A stretch of DNA of 64,000 nucleotides from Balanoglossus misakiensis (GCA_040954595.2 CM082590.2:11222655-11286654), one strand, 5' to 3'; counted from the stretch's first letter, positions 48,098 through 64,000 are shown. Notes: generated from the letters alone by a model not told the origin. Numbers and translations: made by a program.

Positions 48098-51000
48098 TTA
48101 ATCATATTTAATGCACGGTAGTTTAATCAGCCGCACGTACATCATTACTCCAATGATGGTACAAGCCAGCAGCAAGATGAGTCCTCCGACTGCAATTCCG
48201 GAAATTGCAGCTGCTGGCAGTGACGTCTTCCCTCTAGTTTCAGTCTCGCTTGTCAAGGAGATTATTGTTTGCTGAAAGACATAAAAGAGAATGTAAAACG
48301 AGCTTTATACTGTCTCTTTTGTGTTTTACTCACCTAACACCATCCCTTCCCTCTCTCCCCCCCCTCTCTCCCTCAAATTGACATTTGAAGGTATAACTGT
48401 TGCTATAGTAACAAGCAATGGCTACTCACTGCATGTCCAGTGTGTCCGTGTGTCTTCCCATGACCTGGATGTGACCCTGTGTGCCAAAGTTCATCATAGT
48501 CTGTATGTCGCTTGGCTATATGATGCATGTAAATGTCTATAAAATACAAAAATGGATTAATATTCATATGAAATCATAGATTTGTCAATAAGGCATATGA
48601 AAAACTTAATTGAAATGAAGCATTTTAAATGAAAGCTGCAAGCAGCGTTGGCGGGGCACAAGCGGTTCCCATGGTGACCAGCAAATGCCACGGCTGTATC
48701 TGCTGGGGATACAAAGATATGGGAAAGTAGGTCAAAGGTCACCTAAGGTCACCCTAAATTTGGGCAAAAAAATTGGACCCCATATAAGTCTAGGTCCAAC
48801 AAAAACAAGACCCCTAGCTCTATTGGTTCGCCTAGAATTAGGTATGCGCATAATTAATGAGGTCTTGTGTAAGACTCCATATGTGCTCCATCTGCCCCCT
48901 AAAAGCCAGGACTCTAACTGCTGTGGATGCTGAGATATGGGAAAGTAGATCAAAGGTCATCCAAGGTCACCCAAAATTTGGGCATAAAATTTTGACCCCA
49001 GAGTGGGCCATGTCCAACTAAAACCAGACCTCTAGCCCTATTGGTTAGCCTGGAATTAGATATGCAGAAAAATGATGTTTCAGAAATAGGTCAAGGGTCA
49101 TTGCCAAAATTACCAAAATATTTGTGCCATGTCCTGGCTGCATTGGTACCCATGTCCACAAAATTCATGACTGTGGTGCTTTGACAAGAGGAGGTATGTT
49201 GAATATGCATATATAATTAGTTGTTTTAAAACTGGGTCAAAGGTCATGTGAAAATTGCCCCGAAAAATTGTGACAACTTCCGGTCATATGATGACTCATA
49301 TCCAAAAAAAGAATTTCCGTGCTGTCAATATTTTGGCTACAAAACGGAATTTTCATTTTTCAATGGTTTTCCGAAAATCCAACATGGCCGCCATAATGAT
49401 CGACCAATCACAGTGTGCTTCGCAAACTTGATAGACATAGGTTAGGTGACCACATATCCCAAATCCCGAGACTCGGTAACCGCTGGTTCTGGAGAAGAAG
49501 ATTTTTAAAGTTTTAGGTAGTTTTTCAGAAAAACAATTGTAGCAAAAAAACTTTATGTATGACGTCATGATTTTAATGGGGTAAAATGATGGACATAAGG
49601 TAGGCTACCTGCACACCAAATTTGAACTCGATCGGCCCAGTGGTTTTAGAGAAGGACTCATTTAACGATTTTCAGGAAATCCAATATGGCCGCCAGGTCA
49701 CGTGACTAATTAAATATTCACGAGCCACTGCACGTCTACTCATTGGCCCCTACCACCCTACCAAGTTTCAGCCCCCTAGGTGCTGCGGTTTTCCAGATCT
49801 ACCTGGCCGAATTTCTCGGAAGAAGAAGAATAATAATAAATATAGCTGCAAGCAGCGATGACGGGCCCAAGCTTAAGCCGAAGGTCAAAGGTCATATGTC
49901 ATCACCCAAAAGTTGGGCAAGAAATTTTGACCCCATACTGGTCCATGTTCAACAAAAATCAAACCTCTAACCCTATTGGTTAGTCTGGAATAAGGTATGC
50001 ACATAATTAATGAGTTCACCAGGTGTTACAGGTGACTTAATAATTTCACTTTTCATTTTCAACCCATCCCTCCAAACGCCAAGGCTGTACTTGCTCTGGA
50101 TGCTAAGATATGGTTAAGTAGGTCAAAGGTCACCTGAGGTCACCCAAAATTTGGGCAAGAAATTTTGACCCTATACTGGTCCATGTCCAATAAGAACAAA
50201 ACCTGTAGCCCTATTAGTTATCCCTGAATTAGGTATGCACATAATTAATGAGATAAGCAGGTGTCACAGGTGACCCCCAATTTTGGCTTTTCAATTTTAG
50301 TCCCAACCCTCCAAACGCCAAGTCTGTACCTGCTCTGAATGCAGAGATATAGGAAAGTAGGTCAAAGGTCACCTGAGGTCACCCAAAATTTGGGCAAACT
50401 TTTTTTGACCCCATACTTGTCCATGTTCCACAAGAACAAAACCTCTAGCCCTAATAGTTAGCCGAAAATTAGGTATGCACATAATTAATGAGATAAGCAG
50501 GTGCCACAGGTGACCCCCAATTTTGGCTTTTCAATTTTAGTCCCAACCATCCAAACGCCAAGTCTGTACCTACTCTGAATGCAGAGATATAGGAAAGTAG
50601 GTCAAAGGTCACCTGAGGTCACCCAAAATGTTGGCGAAATTTTTTGACCCCATACTGATCCATGTTCCACAAGAACAAAACCTCTAGCCCTAATAGTTAG
50701 CCCAAAATTAGGTATGCACATAATTAATGAGTTAAGCAGGTGTTACAGGTGAGCCAAAAATTTTGCCTTTTATTTTGGTCCCATTCTGCTTACAGGCCAA
50801 TAGACAGTCACTGTACAGGACCATTGCACAGACGTGGACATAGCGTCATAGCTTAACTATACAGTATAGGCCCTTGGCTTAGTCCAAAAATATGAAAAAC
50901 TAATAATATTTAAAAGTCTTCTTCTCAAAATAGACTTGGCCCACGGCCTTGATATTTGGTATGTTGGACACTGACCACATGGTCCACAAAGTATCCTAAC

Positions 51001-54000
51001 AGAATTTTGATATCTCCATTCATATGCAAATTAGGCCCATTTGAAAACTTTCCCCATATATGGTCAACAGGTCACATGACTAATTAAACATTCACAAGGG
51101 TACTGCACCAGCTCTCATAGGCCTGCACCATTTTGCCAAGTTTGAAATTTGAAGGTTCAGCCGTTTTCAAGATCCTATTGGCCGAAAAAACTACACAAGA
51201 AAAAAAAGAAGAAAAACCAGGATAATACCAATAGGGCCCAAGCGCTGCATGCGCTTGGGCCCTAATTAAAGCTGCAAGCAGCATTGTCCGGGCCCAAGCT
51301 CTATTATCTGATCAGATTATTAGATATGCACATAAGTAATGAGTAGAAACATAATGCTGTTTTATCCCATGAATTATCAAGGTTATATCTATGTTTGGTG
51401 CTGATATAGTGTTAAGTAGGTCAGAGGTCACCCAGAGGTCACCCACAGTTTGGGCAGAAAATTTTGACCCATAGTGGTCCATGTCCAACAAAAACCAGAC
51501 CTCTAGCCCTTTTGGTTAGCCCGGAATTAGGTATGCACATAAATAATGAGTTAAGCAGGTGTCACAGGTGACCCAAAACTTTGGCTTTTCATTATGGCCC
51601 CATACCTCCAAACGCCAAGGCTGTATCTGCTGTGGATGTCGAGATATGCAAAAGTAGGTCAAAGGTCACCCGAGGTCACCCAACATTTGGGAAATTTTTT
51701 TGACCCAATACTGGTCAATGTCCAACAGAAACCAAGCCTCTAGGTCTATTGGTTCATCTGTAATTAGGTATGCACATATTTAATGAGGTCAGCAGAGGTC
51801 AAAGGGGTCATGAAAAGTACCAAAATTTTTTGATCACATACAAATCCACATACATCAAAAACCAAACTTATAGCCCTATTGGTTAGCCTGGAATTAGATA
51901 TGCAGAAAATTGATGCGTCAAAAGTAGGTCAAAGGTCATTGCCAAAATTACCAAAATATTTATAGCTCATTCTTGTTATATGATGATTCATATCCATAAA
52001 AAGAATTTCTGTGCTATCAATTTTTAGGCTAGAAAGGGAATTTTTACTTTTTAATCGTTTTTCACAAAATCCAATATGGCCGCCATAATCTTCGACCAAT
52101 CACATTCCTCTTCGCAAACTTGATAGACATCTGTGGAATGACCACACACACAAAATCTTGTGACTCGGTTATCGCCGGTTCTCGAAAAGAAGATTTTTGA
52201 AATTTTACTAGGGTTTTTCGAAAATCCAATATGGCCGCCATAATCTTCGACCAATCACAATGATCTTCGCAAACTTGATAGACATCAGTTAGGTGACCAA
52301 ATACCCCAAACCCCATGTCTCGGTTATCACCGGTTCTGGAGAAGAAGATTTTTGAAATTTAAGCCAGATTTCAGAAAAAAAATTGTAGCAAAAAAACTGC
52401 AACATTGACAGCATAATTTCCTATTACAAAAATGATTGACAGAAGGTAGTCTACCTGCACGCCAAATTTGAAGTCGATCTGACTTGTAGTTTCTGAGATC
52501 TGAGATTTGCATTTTTTCAGAAAATCCAAGATGGCCGCCAGGTCATGTGACTAATTAAAAATTCATGGGTTCAATGCACGACTACTCATTGACCTCGACC
52601 ACTGTAGCAAGTTTGAGAACTGTACCTGCAGTGGTGTCTGAGATCTAGAGCGACAAAGAAATGACAGAAGAATAAAGAAAGAAAGAAAGAAAAACCCCAA
52701 CGAAACCAATAGGGCCCAAGCGCTGGTATGCGCTTGGGCCCTAATAATAATTAAAGCTGCAAGCAGCATTGGGGGGGCACAAGCGGTTCCCATGGTGACC
52801 AGCAAATGCCACGGCTGTATCTGCTGGGGATACCAAGATATGGGAAAGTAGGTCAAATGTCACCTGAGGTCACCCCAAATTTGGGCAAAAAATTGGACCC
52901 CAAACTAGTCTAGATCCAACAAAAAACCAGACCCCTAGCCCTATTGGTTCGCCTGCAATTAGGTATGCACATAATTAATGAGGTCTTGTGTAAGACTCCA
53001 TTCTGTGCTCGATACCCATAAAAGCCAGGGCTCTAACTGCTCTGGATGCTGAGATATGGGAAAGTAGATCAAAGGTCATCCAAGGTCACCCAAAATTTGG
53101 GCATAAAATTTTGACCCCAGAGTGGGCCATGTCCAACTAAAACCAGACCTCTAGCCCTATTGGTTAGCCTAGAATTAGATATGCAGAAAAATGATGTTTC
53201 AGAAATAGGTCAAGGGTCATTGCCAAAATTACCAAAATATTTGTGTCATGTCCTGGCAGCATTGGTACCCATGTCCACAAAATTCATGACTGTGGTGCTT
53301 TGACAAGAGGAGGTATGGGGAATATGCATATATAATTAGTTGTTTTAAAACTGGGTCAAAGGTCATGTGAAAATTGCCCTGAAAAATTGTGACAACTTCC
53401 GGTCATATGATGACTCATATCCAAAAAAAGAATTTCCATGCTGTCAACATTTTGGCTACAAAACGGAATTATCACTTTTCAATGGTTTTCCGAAAATCCA
53501 ACATGGCTGCCATAATGATTGACCAATCACAGTGCGCTTCGCAAACTTGATAGACATAGGTAAGGTGACCACATATCCCAAATCCCGAGACTCGGTAACC
53601 GCTGGTTCTGGAGAAGAAGATTTTTAAAGTTTTAAGTAGTTTTTCAGAAAAACAATTGTAGCAAAAAAACTTTATGTATGACGTCATGATTTCAATGGGG
53701 TAAAATGATGGACAGAAGGTAGGCTACCTGCACACCAAATTTGAACTCGATCAGCCCAGTGGTTTTTGAGAAGGACTCATTTAACGATTTTCAGGAAATC
53801 CAATATGGCCGCCAGGTCACGTGACTAATTAAATATTCACGGGCCACTGCACGTCTACTCATTGGCCCCTACCACCCTACCAAGTTTCGGCCCCCTAGGT
53901 GCTGCCGTTTTCCAGATTTACAATGACATATTTCTCGGAAGAAGAAGAATAATAATAATAATAATAAGAAAAATTCCAACAATAACAATGGGGGCACAAG

Positions 54001-54425
54001 CCGCCTGAGGGCGCTTGTGCCCCCAATAATAATAAAGAAGAAATATTCCAACAATACCAATAGGGGCACAAGCCCGATAGGCTTGTGCCCCTAATGAAAG
54101 GTAACTTGTTGATAATTATCATTTTCAAACAGCACAATTTCTACTTTCACTTGAGACATTTTAACACTGATATTTTGACCCCTTACCTTTGACCCTGTTG
54201 TCTTGGAGACTATTTTCAGAGATTAGTGTTCTTGCATCTACATCTACAGAGGGAAAAATCAAATATATTAAACTAATATTTGTTAGGAAAAAATCCAAAT
54301 GAAAACTTGATTAAGGTGACATGAAACTATATCATGAATAATTACTTACTTTGAATTAGAAATACTGTAAAAAGAACAGTAAAAGGTATGTGCAAGTAAG
54401 CGTTAGGGTTTGTGTTTTGTCGCAT
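48098..54425 (-). CDS. Uncharacterised 137-aa His-rich single-pass (type I) membrane protein, 4 exons
   Basis: Exons 54425-54350, 54243-54187, 48536-48430 and 48271-48098. All junctions are GT-AG and frame-consistent (phases 1, 1, 0). The product has a signal peptide, a KR site, a His/Gly-rich segment, a TM helix (AAAISGIAVGGLILLLACTIIGVMMYV) and a short tail. Confidence 0.8.
50070..50770. repeat. ~240-bp internal tandem repeat of element B1 (related units also in A1, B2 and A2)
   Basis: aagtaggtcaaaggtcacctgaggtcacccaaaat recurs at ~50120, 50359 and 50599. Confidence 0.9.
52065..52360. repeat. ~155-bp tandem duplication inside element B2
   Basis: aaatccaatatggccgccataatcttcgaccaatcaca occurs at ~52067 and ~52222. 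Confidence 0.85.
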
Positions 54426-54625
54426 TTCTTCTGGAAAGTTTGTCAGTATAGTTTTTTACGTTTAAATTTTGAGTCAAAGCAGTACATTCTGCGCGTGTTC
54501 TAGAACTCTTTGTTTTTATTTTGCAATGTTGTCGTTGGCGGCGCTAGATTTATCTCGAAATCACATAACTTGGGGAGTCTGAAGAGACTCCTCAGTGCGA
54601 TACTGACTGACCGTGCATATGCAAC

Positions 54626-58169
<3,544 letters not shown>

Positions 58170-58680
58170 TTTGCATGAGATCTAGTGCAATGGACAGTCA
58201 ATGGATTCTTTGTGTTTTATGTTTCTGGTGGGATGGTGTCCGGTGGTACCTAGGGTGGTATCTGGTGGCACACGTGCCAAATTATTTGGTGATCATCGAA
58301 GTTGAAAATGTACAACTAGTTGATGAGAAGTGCCATTACTAAGTATTACAAGGACTTTGCGAAATGTTTGGGTCTCAACATTGTTGGTACATCGCAAATC
58401 ATCGTTAAAATCATGGAGTCCACAGTTCATCTGTATCTTTAAACTTGTGCCATCTGGTTAGAACAGGTTTATGTAAATTTCTACTGTTTCTTGATAATAA
58501 ATCAAGTCATCCATATTCACAAGGCATCCGACCAATCATATTTGATAGTATGTAATGTAATAAGTGATTTATTTGGTGGTTTAAGTTTTCAAAGTGCAGA
58601 CCAATCATTGTCGGGAGTCGTATATAACAATACCCACCAGATATCCTGAGTCACTCGTGTTGGATTTACTAGACGTTACG

Positions 58681-60289
58681 ATGGGTCGTCTTCTGTTTGT
58701 CGCAGTGTTCATGACAGCTTTGCTTTTGGCCGACAGCCAGGTAACCACGACTTCAGTTGCATGTTGTGAAGAATATGCATTTGCCGCTCTGTGTTGGTGG
58801 CACTGACGTAGTTCATTGTGGTGTGATGTGATGCAGTGTGGTGTGGAGTGGTGTGATATGATATGATGCTGTGTTGTGTTGTACCAAGGTTTGTTATGAT
58901 GTGTAGGGTGTGTGATGTATTGTGAGAAAATGTGTTATTTCATGACAGACGAAGGAATACAAAGAGGTATAAGAGAACAATGACAGACAACAGCAACAGA
59001 AGTTGATGATCAACACTTCAATCTAAAGTTCTGCTATCTTATGGCCGATTGGTGATAAGGGTACTTCATGACCTTGGATACAAACAAATATCTCACCAGT
59101 TGTTTACGCATTCTGTATCTCTTAAATCTTCCAAAACCATGTGACTTGTGTATAATAACAAACTCGAGATAAAAGTTGTCATGATTCTTTAGACATCAAT
59201 CAATCATCATTATCCTTGGATAACCATTTGTCTTCATTGGAGGCTATTGGGCCAATTTGAAAATAATGCAGTATGTTAACATTACTAATGTACTAGTATT
59301 CCCTTTTTTTCTTGACCTCAACGCAAAATAATGATTAAACCAGTACGAAGATTTGAAGAAGTCTCGTACGGATGAGGGTAAGATATCTGACGTGGCTGAA
59401 AGTTTTAGGTGTTTCAACTTCAATGGACCAAAATCTGGCTATTTAGTGGACTTCTCAATTCACCAAATTGTCCCACACTTCACATTGCCTTGTTTGTTGC
59501 TACTGAATATTTGGTATGCGCCTGGTTATAATTATTGTGTATGTATGTTTTTTTCTCGTCGATAGATTGTGACAACTCTTGCGTGTTTGCTTTTGACGGT
59601 GAATGTGATGAACACTTTTTATGTGCTTCTGGGACCGACTGTGATGATTGCACATTTCTAGGTTGGTATACATCACACTTCATATCCTCTGTTGCCATAG
59701 GGATCGCAGAGTCTGTGGTTCAATAAACGGAAAAGCAAAAATCATGTTCATTTGAATAGAGAATTGTAATAATAGACAAAAATGACAATAACTGAGTTTT
59801 GATTCCTTCCAGTACTACCTGGATGTAACGATTCCTGTGAATCTAGCAACGATGGTGTTTGTGACGTGGATGTGATTTTTGGCGGACAATGTTTCATTGG
59901 AACTGACTGTACTGACTGTGGTGGATATTATGGCAAGTTTCCTTTACGCCATCATCTCATTTTCTCTGTCGAGAGCTTTATTTTCAACAAATCACATGAA
60001 TTTTATATAAAACATCTGTCCATACTTTGAGTTTTATGTCATGAAATGTAGGAAAATTAATATTGTTCCACGAACGCAAACAGATATAAGCTTATGATCA
60101 AAAACAACACAGTTTCATGAACCCGAAATGTCTACAATTTAGAATTCGTCTGGCTGTTATATATTTGAGTTCTTGTTTGTGATGAAACATGACTCTGCTA
60201 TCTTCGACTTTTTTTCCATAGCAAGAAGAAGAAAGCGCAGAAACGTGCCATTCCAGAAGACAGTTTTGTCACTTTTAAGACAGAAGTGA
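58681..60289 (+). CDS. Small secreted acidic Cys-rich protein with two 'C-x-[ND]-S-C-x4-DGxCD-xn-C-xx-GTDC-x-DC' modules
   Basis: Exons 58681-58740 (signal peptide), possible microexon ~58949-58966, 59344-59377, 59566-59661, 59813-59932 (GC donor) and 60222-60289. TATA box at 58621, CCAAT at ~58600 and AATAAA at ~60467. Confidence 0.72.
58817..58882. repeat. Degenerate pentanucleotide microsatellite (TGTGG/TGTGA/TGTGT)n
   Basis: Read directly from the sequence; it is intronic. Confidence 0.8.
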
Positions 60290-62014
60290 AGATGTCTTTT
60301 ACAAATCGGTTGGCGACCTCCAGTTACCATGCTGTAGAAATTTCACTGAAACAAATCATTGTACCAATTTGTTGGCTTTTAGTTATACAATTTATTGATT
60401 TTTCAAAATTTTCTGTCTCATCAAGTTGTCTCAATGGGTTGAATTTGTTGTGTTTCTAATTTCTTCAATAAAAAAGTGAGATATGCAATGTGGTAGAGAG
60501 ATGATAATATTTTATTGCTGTTAAAATAAAGATGATACTGCTTACCAAGTTAAAATCTAAGTTTCATTAAGTTTTTTCCCCGACTACCAACAACACATTT
60601 TTCACTCCAAACCAAAATTTTGAGAACAATATAGTCTGTTATGAGCGAGAATATGTGCTGTAAAGAGCCGCGACACCCTAAAGCGACGAAACAACTATAC
60701 AAATGACATAGAGAGTGATAAATTGAACTTTTTTGAAAGTATATGTTCCACTGGCATATGCTCGACCTGTGAGACATTCACCTCAGTGCGCCCTCAAGAG
60801 TTGCATCTGAAAAGTGTGGCCACTTTCGATGACGTAATTAATTACCTCATTTGCCTATAGCTGGTCGGACGTGGTCGAGCCAAGATATTACAATTTACAG
60901 CGCCGGGGTCAAAACTCGCCAAAATAAGCTACCAGCAACCGTAAGTAGATGTAAAATTTACAACTTCTTGTCAACTTTACAACCGAGGTTATCTCATTAA
61001 TTACGCAACAATATTTTGATAACTTTTAGGTCAAGTTATTCCATATATGTGTTATGAATGGACGCACGTGGGCGCAGACGATGAAATGTGACGAAGCGAA
61101 ATGTAGCAGGTAAGTTTTTGTGAAATTCTCTTCAATGCGGTTTACTCTTTCTAGTGCTGTTCGAGAAATTGCAAAATTCAATGCGAAACTGATTGGGTGA
61201 TGCCAGAAATATTGTCTTTTATTAATTGAGCGTTTTATATTTAACTTTCAGATAAAATTGTTTTGACTCACTCGTGACGCGCAGCTGCAAGATGGTCAAC
61301 GCACTGTGAATCAAGTTCAGCTTTGTAAGTACAAAAACATTAACTTAAACTACAAATATAGTTCAATAGTTTTATTGAACTTCATTCAGCAAACCAGTCG
61401 CTTGTAGTAAACCTATAGTCGTGTTTTATCAGCTGACGTGAATTATTGTAATGATAACGCGTGGAGATAGATATAACCAACATGTTGGGTATATGTCAGT
61501 TTCTCTGTGTTTTGTGACAATCAATTTTGAGGTTTGACGTGCAGTGAAAGTATCGTTGCTATTTTATTTTACCGGGGTTTATCATTAGGTATAGCGGTAG
61601 AAAGAGACTTGTATCCCACTGAGAAATTCTTGGAGCGGCCAGACATAGTATTGTTGGATAAAAATATATGAATTAATACTGGTTTATTCACTAAATTGTG
61701 GACGAGTTGTAGGCGTCATGCCCAATATACTTTGTGTTAATCAACAACAATAACAACAACAACAACAATATATAGCATCACAAAGTTGAAATAAACTGCA
61801 TGATGCAACGTATGATATCCATAGCAACCTACATGCGCCCTCACGGCTAAAACTAGTTGCTTCTCGTACTCCAAGCCACAAGTTAGTATATAGAGTTACA
61901 GCTTTAAAAATCGGCGTTTTCACATCTTTCCTAGTGAAGCTTGTTTCGTGGCGTGTTTTAATCGGGCAATACACAAAGGAGACTTAAAATTCTAAGTAAA
62001 AGTTCACGTAAAAA

Positions 62015-62150
62015 TCAGTCACATGACTCAGCAAATAGCACGCGGCGTTGCGCGTCTTCATTCATTCCATAAATTTGCATAACAATAGCGGTCTGCGTCT
62101 CCCGTCACATGATTAGTCACGAGTTTTGCTTCCTGGCGTACTTATAAAAT
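62015..62150 (+). promoter_or_regulatory. Cathepsin L promoter: M-box/CLEAR-like sites, ARE, octamer and TATA
   Basis: GTCACATGAC at ~62018 overlaps ATGACTCAGCA. ATTTGCAT at ~62073, GTCACATGAT at ~62104 and TATAAAA at 62143. A non-coding exon ends at the donor GTGAGT at 62268. Confidence 0.6.
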
Positions 62151-63348
62151 CGTAAAACCGGTCGTGTGCACGTTTATTGAGGATTTTTTGGTGTGAGAGA
62201 AGGATCCTGACAGTTCGTAACCCTCCAAGTGACGAAAGAAGATCTTATTCATTACCCGATTTTCCAGGTGAGTTTATTTCCATTGAGAATGTACTTTAAA
62301 TGTTGATGAAATTGACCAGCTGTGTAAGAATACATTTTAATACTAAGTCTGATCACAACCGGTTAAAAAACACAACCATGTCATATCATTTTACGTTCCC
62401 AACCACATCATCGCATATGGTGACGCTTAAAAATGGTACATTCTGTGACAGTTTAAGCAATTTCTACTTTTCGACTTAATATAGAAATGTACATGTACAA
62501 TCAACTGTGTTACTACTGTAATTATCACCTGCTCATGTGATCATCTTTTATTGTTTTGTTGGCACCGGTCAAAGACAAAAGGCGCCCATGGTGTTAAAAG
62601 CTATTTGAATATTAAAACAAGACTGAATATTTCTCTCAGATTGTCGGGAAATGGCCACCAATCCCTAATCAATAAAGACATTTCATTTCCACGCCAGACA
62701 TGCCTATATTTGTCAGTCACCGGATACGTGGACATGCGCTGGTTTAACAAAAATGCATGCAAACGAAGGTCATTTGGGTCAGGCGACCGTGACTCACCAA
62801 GATTTCTATGCGCATTTTAATCAACAATCGTATTCCTGATTATCAGAGGCGAGCCTCCTCTGATATGAAGTCCTTCAAAACAAGGATTTCTTTGATACCA
62901 TGCGAGTAATGTTGAATAACGTCACCAGAATGAGACCGCACGTACAACAGGTTTTGTGTCTCGTGACACTGTTGGGTTTGGTGTCTTTTCAAGGTGACCT
63001 TTGCAGATAAAATTGGGGCTGATCTGAATTTGCTTTGGGGAGCTAGAGATGTGGGTAATTTGCATACAGATAATACACAATCTTTTCGCTGATTCATTAA
63101 AATGTGTGATTTCCTGGTTATTGTTTTTACACTCTGATGAAGTGCTTTCAAAATGGAGCCATAGTGACCAAACCAGAGACAGGCCCCCACCTCTTTTTCG
63201 TACCACGTTAATCATAGGTCTGGTCTCTATAGCATAACATACAGGTACATGTATATGTACTGACAATTTTGATTTGGTGTTGTGTTTAAGTTGAGACTGG
63301 TTTCGTTTATTTACCCATTTCATCGTTCTTCTCTTCCAGATTTACAAA

Positions 63349-63591
63349 ATGTTGAGATTTCTATCATTTTGCATTGTGCTTGTTGTCGTGGTAGCAGCTC
63401 CCTACTCCGAGAAACTCACACCGTCATGGGAAGCATGGAAGGGTTACCATGGCAAACAGTACAGTGATACAGAGGAGCAAGTGAGGAGGTTGATTTGGGA
63501 GGAGAATTTAGAATACATCCGAAACCACAACCTCGAACACAGTATTGGAAAACATTCATACACCTTGGAAATGAATAGATTTGGAGATATG
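63349..63591 (+). CDS. CTSL: Cathepsin L-like papain protease, first coding exon (signal peptide plus I29 propeptide); the gene continues beyond the window
   Basis: WEAWKGYHGKQYS, ERFNIN-like EEQVRRLIWEENLEYIRNHN, and HSYTLEMNRFGDM followed by a GTGAGT donor. Confidence 0.9.
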
Positions 63592-64000
63592 GTGAGTTTA
63601 CAAACATTAATTTGTGAAAATACATTTAGTATATGGAGCAGTATTACGCTGGCAAAATGGACAAGTACAAGCAGAATATTGGGTGTACTAAAAAAATAAG
63701 TTCATTGAAAACAAGAACTGGTACATGTAGTTTCAAATACAGTCAATGGAAGATGAATGGGAAATTTTGGGAATCAATGAGGAATTTCCTCTTTTGATAT
63801 GAAAGCAACCTTTATTTTATTTTGGCAAATTGGAACACTTCCTCAGGAACTGTTTATGAAAGAAAACATTTCTTAAACGTATCTCAGTGAGTGGTTAGTT
63901 GAGTTGTTTGAAGTTCACCTGAGATTTAAGTCAAACACTTGCATGGTTTTTGAAACGCCCATGATTTCTCAATTTCTATTAATGGCCTGATCGCTATGCA

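Larger units (their letters stand above)
48628..54100. mobile_element. Nested cluster of four non-autonomous hairpin-ended DNA elements (CryptonV- or Helitron2/Helentron-like): A1 48632-49840 plus tail 54030-54095, B1 49841-51265, B2 51266-52745, A2 52753-54025
   Basis: Each element starts A(A/T)AGCTGCAAGCAGC-N5-7-GGGC(A/C)CAAGC. Each ends in a hairpin containing the same motif (51231-51264, 52710-52743, 53990-54025, 54061-54093). A1 and A2 are near-identical over ~1.2 kb. No transposase ORF. Confidence 0.85.

Noticed and set aside
48685-54137. ORFs inside the nested elements as a transposase or recombinase
   Set aside because: All are under 100 aa, with no DDE, HUH or RHRY motifs. The elements are non-autonomous.
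54585-54610. CAGTGC near the FECH 5' end as a possible iron-responsive element
   Set aside because: The flanks (ctcct / gatac) cannot form the 5-bp upper stem that an IRE requires.
62841-62865. Hairpin TATCAGAGG-N7-CCTCTGATA as the end of another hairpin-ended element
   Set aside because: I could not find the matching subterminal motif or a second boundary.

Overview
AT-rich, intron-containing animal genomic DNA. It is probably from an invertebrate deuterostome such as a hemichordate; this is inferred from gene content and was not tested. The window is gene-dense. Left to right: (1) a cluster of four C2H2 zinc-finger genes. Three share the same 3-exon layout and a conserved N-terminal module that I cannot assign to KRAB, SCAN, BTB or ZAD. 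(2) An ATOSA/FAM214 orthologue. (3) A ~1.1-kb higher-order tandem repeat built from a dispersed ~200-bp element that also sits in a ZNF promoter. (4) RabX1-like and HINT1, head-to-head. (5) Rab8 and RPS27, head-to-head. (6) A 4-exon gene not visible in the ORF track, encoding a 137-aa His-rich type I membrane protein. It lies head-to-head with ferrochelatase, and its intron 2 holds a nested stack of four hairpin-ended non-autonomous DNA elements rich in AGGTCA repeats. (7) Ferrochelatase. (8) A small secreted protein with two six-Cys 'GTDCxDC' modules. (9) The 5' end of cathepsin L. All gene models were spliced by hand using splice-site consensus and reading-frame continuity; no database search was run.
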